64,000 nt of DNA, taken from positions 2,222,342-2,286,341 of the forward strand of contig CAVNZM010000005.1 of NCBI GenBank assembly GCA_963693365.1, given 5' to 3'. Made by a program: the position numbers and the translations under genes. The notes beneath the pieces are model-generated. The model had not been told where the DNA came from. It worked only from the letters and a program-made list of their open reading frames with translations, and did not search any database. Source of the DNA: Amoebidium appalachense. Its lineage: Eukaryota; Protista; Ichthyosporea. Of this stretch, positions 52,396-64,000 are shown piece after piece (within the stretch, counting starts at the first letter, position 1; the number at the start of each line of letters is the position of its first letter).

Positions 52396-53318
52396 TTGAA
52401 AAACACCCGGCACTGATCGAACTACTACAGGAGGAAAAAAACTCCCCTGCCGCAGGAGCGCCATATAGAAGTTGCTTCTCCGCATTCCGAGAATGTGTTC
52501 ACTAAGCATAATCTTCTGCTCGTTTTTGCCAGAGTCCATCGAAAACTGGTATCTGCAACATAATTTTGTTGTGCACCTGGAACCCCCCCCCCCCCCCCCC
52601 CCCCCCCCCGCCCACCCTCTCCCCCCTCTCCTTAATTTAGAATTTTCCCTAGCCTCGGTAGACTCCAGATTATGATTCTCTTTCCAATTGCAAACTTCCA
52701 CATATAAAACTCTGTAGATGCTAATATTAGAATCTTATAAGTGAGTCATCTGGCAATGAACCACCCGTGTATGCATATATGCCCCCCCTTTAGAAATTAT
52801 GTGTTATACGAGTCTAGCTCAGAAAGCTCATGCTCCCAGCCAGGAAGGACGAAAGCAGTAACGCCAGCAGGATCATACTACTTAGAATTTAGGTTTCGAA
52901 TTCGTGATGTTTACTCGGGGGACAGAGACCCTGTATCTCAGACTATGATCATGATGTCCCGTTTGATCGCGTTCTATCAGGTACATACAGCATGGCCAAG
53001 CAAAAATATTGCCTAGGTTTTCTAGATGGACAATTTCCCCTTCCAAAACGGTTCAACTTGGATTCTTAAGGTTAAACCAAAATGAAACCAATACATAACC
53101 CCCCCCCCCCCCCCCCCCCCTCTCCCCTAAACACACACCTACACACACATGCTCGTGCGCACAGACGGTGCTTTTCCTTCAAGCCATCATGAAAAGAAGT
53201 TTGAAAGTCTGTTTGTGTTTTTTTTTCTTTTTCTCTCCTTTTATAATGTCGGGCAATTGCTCACGACCCCTTCTAGTAGATCACCAGTATTGAGGTCCTC
53301 CCCACCTTTTCCCCCCTC

Positions 53319-53349
<31 letters not shown>

Positions 53350-55596
53350 CCGCCGTCCCCCACCCTTCTCTCGCTGCCTTCCCGAGCCTTTCAGCTTGTG
53401 TGGGCTTAGAGTCATCTGATTTTCCCGTCTGTGCAGCTGCACATATGGGACTGCATGCACCCCTAAGCACACAGGGTGATCCTCAGACACGAATACAACT
53501 CGAAGAATGGTACGATTACTGGCATGGCACATCAGTGCTTAGCTGAGCAAGTTGCGCAAACACTAGCCCACCAACCAAACGAACCGGCGCACACATCCAC
53601 GCACCATATTGTGCCAATCATACGGGGGGGGGGGGGGGGGGGTGTGTGTGTGTGTGTGTGTGACGCTGTGCGACACAGTTGTAGCTCAACAAAAAAGACA
53701 GGGAAGTAATACACCGGTCAGCCCAGGGGGGAGGGGGGGGGGTAGCCAACAGTCTCATGATGGGTGGCTTATAGTACGTGTGTGTGCGGCAGCGCACGTG
53801 CGTGCGTGCGCTCGTGTATGCACGTGCGGATGTTAGTGTCCCCGCTGTGTGCGTGGGCGTACACGCACGGGTGTATGTAGCGTATGGTGTGTGGGCCCTG
53901 TCTGTCTGTCTGTGTGTGTGCGTGTGCACGTGTGTGTCAAGTGTGTATGTGTTTGCGTGTGTCTGAAGGGGCGGGTTGTGCTTTTTTTTGTTTGTGTGTG
54001 TGTGTGGGGGGGGGGGGGGGGAGGGGGGAGGGGGGAGGGGGAGAAGGTTAGTATGCGTTCTGTAATACGATGTGCATATTCACAACCTACAGCACAATGC
54101 AGAGCGCAAACCTCACATAAACAGTATGCATAATTAGCGTGGAGAGGGGGGAGGGGGGGGGGGGAGGGGCGGAGGAGGAGAGGGGAGGATGGAGGAGGGG
54201 GGAAGGAGGGGAAGGGGACAGGGGGGGCAAAAAGAAGATCCACACACTCTTTCTTTCTTCAATTTTCCTTCAAGTAACTGTGCCGAGATTGTACAAGATC
54301 TGCATGCCCTTCTTTTGAGATGATAGTAACCAAGATCTTTTTGGTTGTCTAGAAACCTTTGATTAATAAACCCTGCCAGCCAACCCCCCCCCCCCCCCCC
54401 CCCCCCCCTCTAAAAACGACAACAACAACCGGCACACTCACACTTGCCTCCTGAGTCCTGAGGCTCCCTCCTATACACCACCACTACCACCAGGAAGCCT
54501 CACTATCTGCTTAGCAACTGTTTGACTCCCTCCAACCCGATACTCCCACCATCCCTTCTCCCCTACAATCACTTTTAGTGTCAACACACACAAGTCAAAT
54601 AAGCCCCGTAGTTCTCCCCTAACCCTGCCGTGTCCACTCCCAGATCTCCAGTTGCAATTGAGAGCAGATGGCCCTCAGCCGTAGCAACAGGAAGCCGCTT
54701 GTCACACTCGCTTTTGCTCAGTTGCAGCATAGGGGTTCGGAAATGTATTCATGTACGTCTGTCATGCTCACGACATATCCGATTCTGTTTCCCAAGGATT
54801 TAGACGTCTCACACTCAGCCGCGACCATTACCCCCCCCCTCCCCCCCCCCCCCCCCCCCCCCGCCCCTTCTCCAACATGCCCGTGCACATAACTTGCACA
54901 ATTTTCCCGGCTTTAGAAGGCCCCCTGTTAGACATAACATACTCTTGCTGTCCAGTGAATGCCTGTTGTGCATGTATGTTCCAGGGTTTGTGCACGCAAA
55001 TTAGCCAGTGGACATGGGCGAATCCAAGTTGACATCTTTCCACGGATTGGCAGCCCATACTTTGCCCTGGGCAAGACGCTACACATGAAATCAAGAATAG
55101 AGAAGTGTGGATCTTTCAGCATTGTATATGTAGTGAAATGATAGCAGAAAGCACAAACCAACAGAAAAAGGTACCACTCACCGGTTTATTGCCAAGATTG
55201 ACAAAGCAGAGCGCACGCCAGCGTCCCACTTCATCCACCCCATGTGGTTCCCGTCTTCTACAAGTTGATCCAAAGTTATGCCAGGCGCCCTGGATCTTCT
55301 TCTACTTCTTTTAGGGCGCCTTACCTTACCTATTGACCCACCACTGTCATTCAGTAACCCATTTCAAGAAACATGCAGGCTTCCTGACACTGCACGAACA
55401 ACAAACTCGTTTAGCATGCAATAAGTTTGCAGTCTTGCAGACTTGCCCCAGCTAAAACTTTGTGGTATAAAATCCGCATTCCTACAGGTGCGCTCAGAGC
55501 CAATCCACAGCCACATTCGCACTATTTACAATCTGAGAGCCAATCATCAAAGGCACCACATGTGATTTCTGACTGGTTTCAGCGTGCTGTTTTCAT

Positions 55597-56449
<853 letters not shown>

Positions 56450-56893
56450 GTGTTCATCGAATTCATCCTTTCATCGCTTGCTTTTCACTGGCGGGCATGA
56501 AAAGAAAGGTGAACAGAAAAAGCAGCCACAACACTCCTATTTATTGAGAAAGCAGCTCTTTACATACTCGGCCATTTGTCGAAACTGGGGATGTAATTTT
56601 GAACAGGTTTCACAAAGGGCGACATCAATAGCATTGTGACAGTTATTATAGTGTAATTCCATTGTTATAACCGCGCACTTTCCCTGCACTTCAATGTTTG
56701 GTGTTCGGATGGTATGATATACATATGCACAACTGCACGACTGGTCGGGCCTTGAGCTACAATAGTTAATTTAACGAAGTATTTACTGATTGCAATCAGT
56801 GTTTGGTAGTATTCTGCATCTCCAGTTCAACTATAGGCAATAGATCTAGAGCTGCAAGAAACATGCAATAACTTACATCACTCACCCACAAAA

Positions 56894-58042
56894 ATGACCC
56901 TTTCGCAAGAGATGGCTACCCCTTCGGTCGACAACCCCGACTCCGAAGCCCCTGCGTACGGCACCAAAGAACACTTCGACCTACTTAGCAGAAATGGTGC
57001 GTTTCACGGCATAAAGGCAAGTGCCGGAAGCGAGAGCCCCGTGCCGCGCTATGATACTAAACCAAATGGTCAGTCATTTAAGTTCAAAGCACTCGAACCA
57101 ACACTCCCCGATCACTCGAGCGATTCATATAAGGAAGGGACCGTGTACCCACAGATTGTAACAGACGTGGCTGGGGACCCACACCCATACGAAAACAGCT
57201 TCGTAGGAAGAACGAAATGGTGCGGGGCCTTGTGCTATGGTTTGGTCTACACGTTCCACCCGGTCACCATAATCCTGTGGCTACTTCTCACCGGGCTGGC
57301 TGCGGGCGCACAATACGTTTTTTACAGATTCGGCGAACACGCGGTGAATAGGTTCTTGAATGCCATATATACGAGCAAGCCCGAAGAAACAAGGGATATA
57401 CGTGAACAAAACGTGTTTGGGCTCGCCTTTTGCGCCATCTTACTGTGTGCAGTTTACGTCGTTTTCCCCCTCTTCATGCCCTGGATCTCCAAGAACGTGT
57501 ACTCCAGATACGCCAGAAGACAAGGTCTACCCGAACCTGACACCCTTACTGCATGCAATGTTATCTCTCTTCCTCTCATCTCCTTCTTATTCTTTGCTGC
57601 TTACTCGCTCTCGGTCACTCTGGGTATGTGTATGTTATTGATACCTGGTATACTTGCCAGCGTCTATTTCTCCATGGGCTGTGTAGCGATCTCGGTTGAG
57701 AGAGCAAATATCTGCCGAGCGTTTACGCGCTCAATTGAACTAGTGAAAGGCCAATTCTGTGTCTCACTTCCGTACGTGCTATTCACATTTTCTGTGTGTG
57801 CAGCGTTCCTTGCTCCACTAGCGGTCATGTTTTACCTCTATCACCCTGCATCTCAACAGGCTAAGGAGAATCTCACATGTTGGCAAATAGCACATTATTC
57901 TGACAAAACCCGCACAATCCCCGCGACTTGCGTGTATTTTGTGATGGGACAGAGTGCTATGACCATGCTTGCCTGCACATATGCAGTGGTTTCGTTGAGC
58001 ACCTATTTCGGATACTTGCGCTCTAAGCAACTTTTCCTTTGA
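56894..58042 (+). CDS. Intronless multi-pass membrane protein (382 aa), resembling the GPDPase membrane-domain/DUF975/YciC-like families
   Basis: Clean ORF with AAAATG context and ~6 hydrophobic segments. The motif LLIPGILASVYFSM..V.ISVER.NI.RAFTRSIELVKG resembles the IPGI..E..A..RS..L.KG pattern of those families; family assignment is from memory. Confidence 0.85.
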   Translation: MTLSQEMATPSVDNPDSEAPAYGTKEHFDLLSRNGAFHGIKASAGSESPVPRYDTKPNGQSFKFKALEPTLPDHSSDSYKEGTVYPQIVTDVAGDPHPYENSFVGRTKWCGALCYGLVYTFHPVTIILWLLLTGLAAGAQYVFYRFGEHAVNRFLNAIYTSKPEETRDIREQNVFGLAFCAILLCAVYVVFPLFMPWISKNVYSRYARRQGLPEPDTLTACNVISLPLISFLFFAAYSLSVTLGMCMLLIPGILASVYFSMGCVAISVERANICRAFTRSIELVKGQFCVSLPYVLFTFSVCAAFLAPLAVMFYLYHPASQQAKENLTCWQIAHYSDKTRTIPATCVYFVMGQSAMTMLACTYAVVSLSTYFGYLRSKQLFL

Positions 58043-58940
58043 GGCTTGCGATTCTTGTTGACTTTGGAATGTATTTTGGCTGGCATGGATAACTCTAATA
58101 TGTACACATGATATGGTATAGATCGTGTCGAGCATTTTCTCGTCACTACAAATAAGTCGCTACATAGAGTTCCGAAAGTATGGTAAATAGATGAGCAGAT
58201 AGAGTTGGCGAAACTCAGGGACCCTGGGTGGTCGGTTTGACTCCACAGTAAATGATAATATTTTGCCGTCTGGCATGTATGCGTGACACCCTGACCGACA
58301 ACTGTCACAGTGTCAAACTCAGTGGCAAGCTGTAACATAATATGAAACCCCCCCCCCCCCCCCCCCCCTCCCTCCCCCCTCCCCCCACCCCCTCCCCCCC
58401 GGTCCTGGGAGTAGCTCCATATGTAATGCAATGACTCTGAGCACTTTTCGAGGTGAAGGTCTACTGTAATACTTGGTCTGTCACAGTGGCGCAAGACACT
58501 GCAAAAAAGTCTAGACCAAGCATTATATGCCCAACATCAAAACCTCGCAGAGACAGGCACTGTCTAAAGCTGGAGGAGTCGACGCTTGGGTCTCACCTGA
58601 GATCTCGAGAGGGAGAGGAGGGGGTGGTTGGTGTGTGGTGGGTCGGTTGGGGGGGGGGGGGGGGGGGGGGGGATGAATGAACATGATGCTTGTATAGAAA
58701 GACTAGTACTGTTCCGGGCACAGCTGAAGAAGCGTTCCACGGCGTGTACCAGTTATATGCAGGCTGATTTTCACTTCTCTTCGACCGGTTGCAACAGGGC
58801 TGGTTAAGGCCTATGTAGGCTGGCATGCAGGCACTCTGCCAGGCAGCCCTCACGACAGCTCAGCCGCCGACAGCCAAGGCCTTGGGCTGAAGTTGTCCAT
58901 CTACTCTGTGTCCATCTTTAGTTATATTTCCAGTGATATG

Positions 58941-59193
58941 CAGGGTTCGAAGGTCCGAGCGGCCTCGGATCGGACTTGATTCGGATTTTCCAATTCCATA
59001 TCGGACGAGCAAAAACCAGATCGGACGGTTCGGCCGGATTGGTTCCGCACAGACAGCGAACAAAAAGCATGGATCTTTTGCTTTAAAAAGTAGTTTAAAA
59101 CGCTTTTGATTCGCCTATCTATTTTAGGTGAGCCTCTCACAGGTCTTCAGATGATCGCAGCCCATTGGATGTTGGGCGTTGTGATAAGTTTGC

Positions 59194-59224
<31 letters not shown>

Positions 59225-59600
59225 CGGTGTGCACGTGTGTGTGTGTGTGCACGCGCGGTCGCGAACAGTGTGTGCATGTGCGTGTGTACATGTGGGTGTG
59301 TATGCAGGTGGATCACTGTGCGGCAGTGTGCGTGCCGCGGTGTGTTTGTGTGGGTGTGTGTGAGTGTGCCTGTGCATATGTGTGTGCGTGCATGGCCACT
59401 GTGCGTGTACGCGCGCGCCACTATGCGCCTCGTAAGCTTGCGCATGACAATGGGTCTATTGTAGGCCTATGCATGACAGCCTGAATGCAGAATTGTGCAC
59501 GGCTCTATAAAAACAGTTTGTCGCCTGCATAGAAAAGTTTGGAAGTAGGTATACTAGGGGATCCCCGAGGGTCGGAGCGGAGCGGGGCGGGGCGGGGCGC

Positions 59601-59650
<50 letters not shown>

Positions 59651-59892
59651 TATGAGGGGAAGTCCAATGCATGGGTATCCAAGTATGCATATCTGTGGGA
59701 CCCCCCAAACCCCCGTCTCTCTAGATTATACTGGATAGGGATCTATGGATAGGAGAGGTAGGGTCATATGAGGGGGGGGGGGGGGGGGGGGGGGCCGCCG
59801 TCCGATATGGGGCCGATACGGCCGTGACATGGATCGGATTCAGCTCAAAAAGATCGGATAATCCGATTGAAAAATCGGATCTTCGAACCCTG
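58941..59892. mobile_element. Non-autonomous hAT-like element
   Basis: TIRs CAGGGTTCGAAGGTCCGA / rc CAGGGTTCGAAGATCCGA (17/18); 8-bp TSD GTGATATG / GTGATACA; subterminal TCGGA repeats at both ends. Confidence 0.9.
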
Positions 59893-60250
59893 GTGATACA
59901 TGTCAATTAATTAGTAACACATTACCATATTTAGTAACCTTCCAACTAAGTGAACCAATGGAAGCTTATCTCCATGATCTATTCTACACAGAGGATGATG
60001 CAACGCTGAGCAGCCGCCCAAAAACACGTGCACCCGCTTATAAAGCATGTTACATGCACGTGTGTAAAAAAAGAAAACTATGTGAAAGTTTCCTTGTCAC
60101 AATTCACTACATACTTCAAACTTTTAAACCAACCCATTCAGTATTGTAATTACCGCCTGAGCATCAATCAGTCTTCTCAGTGTCGGTGCTTCACACCCAA
60201 TTGAACACACAAAACCACAAACGCCCTAATATAGGACACGACATTGAAAA

Positions 60251-61091
60251 ATGAGTGCCAACGGTCCCATACCTGACCCAAACGATCCTGTTCCTGAGTG
60301 CTGCAGCACGGGCCACATTCACGCCGGCTCACCCAAAGGCACAACCATGAAACTGGGCCCCAGAGAGGCATATGTCGTCGATCCCGTTTCTGGCCGCACA
60401 GATAAAGTCATTCTCTACATTGTGGACGTGTTTGGGTGGGAACTGGTGAACAGCCGCCTTCTCGCGGACAAGATTGCCGAGCTTAGCGGATACACGGTAG
60501 TTATGCCGGACATACTAACCGGGCCTGCCCTACCGGACGAAACTGGGGCAAGGATGATAGCCGTTCAAGAAGCCACTGGGCTTGCAAAGCTCTGGTCTAC
60601 TTTCTCGCTCGTGGCAGCTGCACCCACCCTCATTGGATTCTTTTCAAGAAACACGGACGGAACTGTGCTCCCTTTGCTTCAAGGAGCCATCAAGGAACTC
60701 AAAGAGACGTGGGGGGTGAAGAAAATAGGTGCCGTGGGCTATTGTTTTGGGGGAAGATACACCGTGCTCCTGGGTGGGGGAGATGAACCCCTTGTCGATG
60801 CTGTCATAGGTGTCCACCCATCGCGTGTGATAATACCAAGCGACGTCGAAAAACTGAAAAAGCCGACGTTGTTTCTGCTGGCGGAGGTAGACTTTGCACT
60901 AGACGAAAAGGTCAGGAAGAATCTCGTTGAAGTGATGAAAAAGAACAAGGAGTGTGTCTACGAGCAAGTGTGCTATCCTGCAACTACACATGGGTTTGCG
61001 GTGAGGGGGGATGAGTAATGAGACGGTCGTGAAGGCAAGAGATGAGGCAACCAAACAAACGGCAGAATGGTTTAGGAAGTATCTAGGTTGA
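60251..61091 (+). CDS. Dienelactone hydrolase family alpha/beta hydrolase (AIM2/CMBL-like), intronless, with a frameshift/premature TAA at 61016-61018
   Basis: CC..G N-terminus, DVFG, LLADKIA..GYTVVMPD, nucleophile GYCFGG, AEVD and HGFAVRGDE. The expected final helix NETVVKARDEATKQTAEWFRKYLG* continues in the +1 frame to TGA at 61089-61091. Confidence 0.9.
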
Positions 61092-61724
61092 GCACTAGGC
61101 TACAGACACAGTTGTCCATGTCCTTGTAGGCAAGTCTGACTTGAAGTAGGTCTATTCGCACACACTTGCAAGGGTTCTAGGCAGCCACCGGTACATACAT
61201 ACACAGCACACACGTACACACTCTGGCGTTTAGCACTTGCCAGTCTCTTTAAAGGCAAGTGTGGAGCTTGTGGCGAATTTTATGCGAGGAAGCCTTGTCT
61301 CTTGTCATACTTGTGGGGGGCCCCCCTGGTGGGGGATGGGGGGGGGGGGGGGGGGGAGAGAAGGGAGCGATAGCTTGCTTATTTTTCCATACGAGGCAGT
61401 GCTTTTTTGGGCACCATGTAGCGAGGCCAGGTATCCATTTTTGTGTTTAGTGTGGATGAAGGAAAGTGTTCGGATGGCACGTAAGAATGAGTCGTCTATT
61501 TATTTTCGGTCGAAGGTTTGTGATGTAAGTGAATGAAAGCACTGTATGCTGTAATACAGTATGATGCCAGGTATGATACAGCAGAACGACACAGTGGCAA
61601 TATGTGATGGCAGGAGCACTCAGAAGGCTGTTACACCCAGGCAGGGCCTCAAGGGTTCATATTACACGGCATCGGTTTTAGTAACCCGTAACCGCTGAGT
61701 AACCCGTAACCGTTTTTGACTAAG

Positions 61725-61763
<39 letters not shown>

Positions 61764-64000
61764 CCGAGGGCCAGTGTGCACAAATTTTGACAGCGCAGAT
61801 GTAGTTGTTAATTTCTGTGTATGCACGGGTACGAGGTGTCTGCATTCAAGGCCTCAGTGGTATAATGAGTATGTGCGTGTTCGCGCGTGGTCTGTGTTGT
61901 TGCGTATCATATATTTTTTGTGTGTGGGGGACCGGTGGGTAGCTAACAAGGCACACGGTGTGGGTGAGTGGAGGGGTGGAGGGAAGGGCGGTGAGGCCCT
62001 GGGGCCACTTAGCGTCCGTGGTTTTGTATCCGTGATTTTGTTGTGGTGGTTGTGTGTGTGTTGCCAAAGAGGGCGAAGTGGCCAAGGCCCGACATGGTGG
62101 CAGAGAAAGCCAACGGGGTCAGAATCTAATTAGAAGATAACATTACTTTGGCTGTGCCCCGAGTCACTGTGCCTTCCCTCCCCGCGGGGCGCATGTGTAC
62201 AGTACAGTACCGCCGCTTCCTACCACCTACTGAGGCGGTGTCTCCTTTCTTTCTTTTTTTTTTTTTTTACTTAAAAGGGCCGCCTGAGTAAATGTTAAAA
62301 CGTCGCACGTGCGGCAACACGTCAGTACGTGTTAGCGCCGCTTCTGGCCATGGGGGGCCAGTCAAGTTGGCGCCAAATACTTTGAAGCGTACCAAATATG
62401 GAAGTCGGACAAAAACAGACGTCATCTGCACGGTGACGACGCGTACGAAAAAGTTCAGAACAGAACACTTTATCTAATAAATAGTTGCGTCTACTTAGTT
62501 GACGTGTTAACAAATGTTGCAGCTAATATGAAATAATAAGTGTTAACCCTGTTGCATCTAGATACTGTTGCTAGCACGTGACACAGGAAGGTAGGAACTT
62601 TCAACTCACTTTCAAACACTGTACAACATGACGCACCGTTGGTTATTTTAAGGGGAACATGTAACTCGCAAAACAACATGCTTGTCAGTTCAGCGTTAGT
62701 TGCAGCCGTTTAGTGCAGGTGAACCTCAGAGTGCTGAGGAAGTAAGCAAAAAAGAGAGCGGGCCGTAGCTTGATTGGTCAAGATGAAGACATTCGCGGTG
62801 GTGGAAACGGGGCCGAGCATGGATGTGCATATTTTATGACCACCAGCAACTTGTGGCACGGTAAGTTCAGTGTTAGGCGTGTGGGTGTGCGCGAGTGAGT
62901 GCGTGTTTCTGTACCTATGTGCGTGTATGGTAACAAGAAGTTGTCCGTGATGGGTTCTCGTGTGCGACAGCTCAGTCCTCTCAAATAAGTGGGTGTCGTA
63001 TAAGGGCGTGTGTACTCGTGCAAGTACTTGCTTGTGTTTGTGGGCTTGCTCATGATTTGTAATGCACATCTGCCTGCATGTATATATGCCGTAGTACCAG
63101 CGTATGCACGTTTATTGCTCTGCCGCAAGCTACCCGCACTGTATTTTGTTACCCAAAACTCTCGAGGCCTCTCTTCTCTTTCCCCCTCGCAGTTCCCCCC
63201 ACCCATCTCTCCGCACCCCCGCCCACTGCACTTCCGCGTGCAAAGCATGTAGGCCACAGATTGCCCTTCTTCTTCCATGGCACTACACAAGGATGAAGGA
63301 AGACAATCTCACAGCAGAAGGCACATGCACACCTAATTCGGTATTGCAACCACACTCATGCAGGTGCGCACGTATACACACAAGCGCGCGCGCACACACA
63401 CACACCCATCCACCCCCCCCCCCCCCCCCCCCCCCCCAACACGGTTTTTACGCACATGCGCGTGTGCACCTGCGCACACACACACAGCGCATCATACACA
63501 TACAGTACACACATCGGAATACACATTCGTGCCCTACCTCTTCTGAGTTTGCACTACTAAGATGCTTGTGACAGCAACCCCTTGTCCCCTTTCCTTTCCG
63601 GTACACTGTGTCACCCTCCCCGTCCTCCACCGTCTCACTCACTGAGGCTCAGTTTCTCCACTGCCATTTCTTTACGGCTCTTCTCATGACCTCGACTGAT
63701 TCTCCGGCAACATAGGCTATGTATCCAGTATAGGAGCCGTTCGGAACTGACCTGCCCCGACGTGTCTCTTGCAGTTGCAGTTTCCGTTGCTACTGCGCAA
63801 ACCTCCATGTGTGTGTACGCTTGTGTGCTCGTGCATCCTCCACTGCCGGGTGGTTTCGCACTATGTGTATGTGCACTTAGATGTTTGCATGCGATGCTAT
63901 TAAATACAAAACCTCAGTTGTCCTATATCTCTTTTTTGTTTGTACCGTACGTTAGTGTGCACGGTGGTGTGCCACAGGTGTGTTTGTGCACATGCAGAAG

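Noticed and set aside
54997-55330. Two exon-like minus-strand segments with GTGAGT donor and TAG acceptor
   Set aside because: No recognisable protein, ambiguous frame, and stops in one candidate frame.
58941-58960. GGTTCGAA as a tRNA T-loop/B-box
   Set aside because: No cloverleaf; it is part of the hAT terminal inverted repeat.
61669-61716. GTAACCCGTAACCG repeats as telomeric sequence or a transposon end
   Set aside because: Only a few imperfect units, and no matching second terminus was found.
63541-63751. Minus-strand frame with an in-frame TGA (63649-63651) as a selenoprotein or readthrough exon
   Set aside because: No recognisable family or SECIS element; it could equally be a terminal exon of a gene outside the window, or chance.

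Overview
Eukaryotic, intron-rich genomic DNA; a unicellular opisthokont is my guess and cannot be proven from this window. Introns and intergenic DNA are full of poly-C/poly-G tracts and (CA)n/(GA)n microsatellites, so most ORFs in the supplied track are repeat artefacts. Manual GT-AG exon assembly gives three well-supported spliced genes. (1) A 15-exon bacterial-type soluble pyridine nucleotide transhydrogenase (SthA/UdhA) with a mitochondrial-presequence-like N-terminus (16389-28877, -). (2) An 11-exon TAF1A/Rrn11-like RNA polymerase I initiation factor (32865-42182, +). (3) A 5-exon LETM1/Mdm38 with an EF-hand (44592-47991, +). Other coding features are a multi-exon type-I membrane protein, a small secreted His/Met/Asp-rich protein, an intronless multi-pass membrane protein, a dienelactone-hydrolase-family gene with a terminal frameshift, and an orphan CNOT3 exon. 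Non-autonomous DNA transposons comprise two hAT-like, one piggyBac-like, one Tc1/pogo-like and two foldback copies, several showing CpG-decay signatures. A short intronic repeat family always lies in the same orientation as its host transcript. The intron-laden eukaryotic SthA is the most notable feature.
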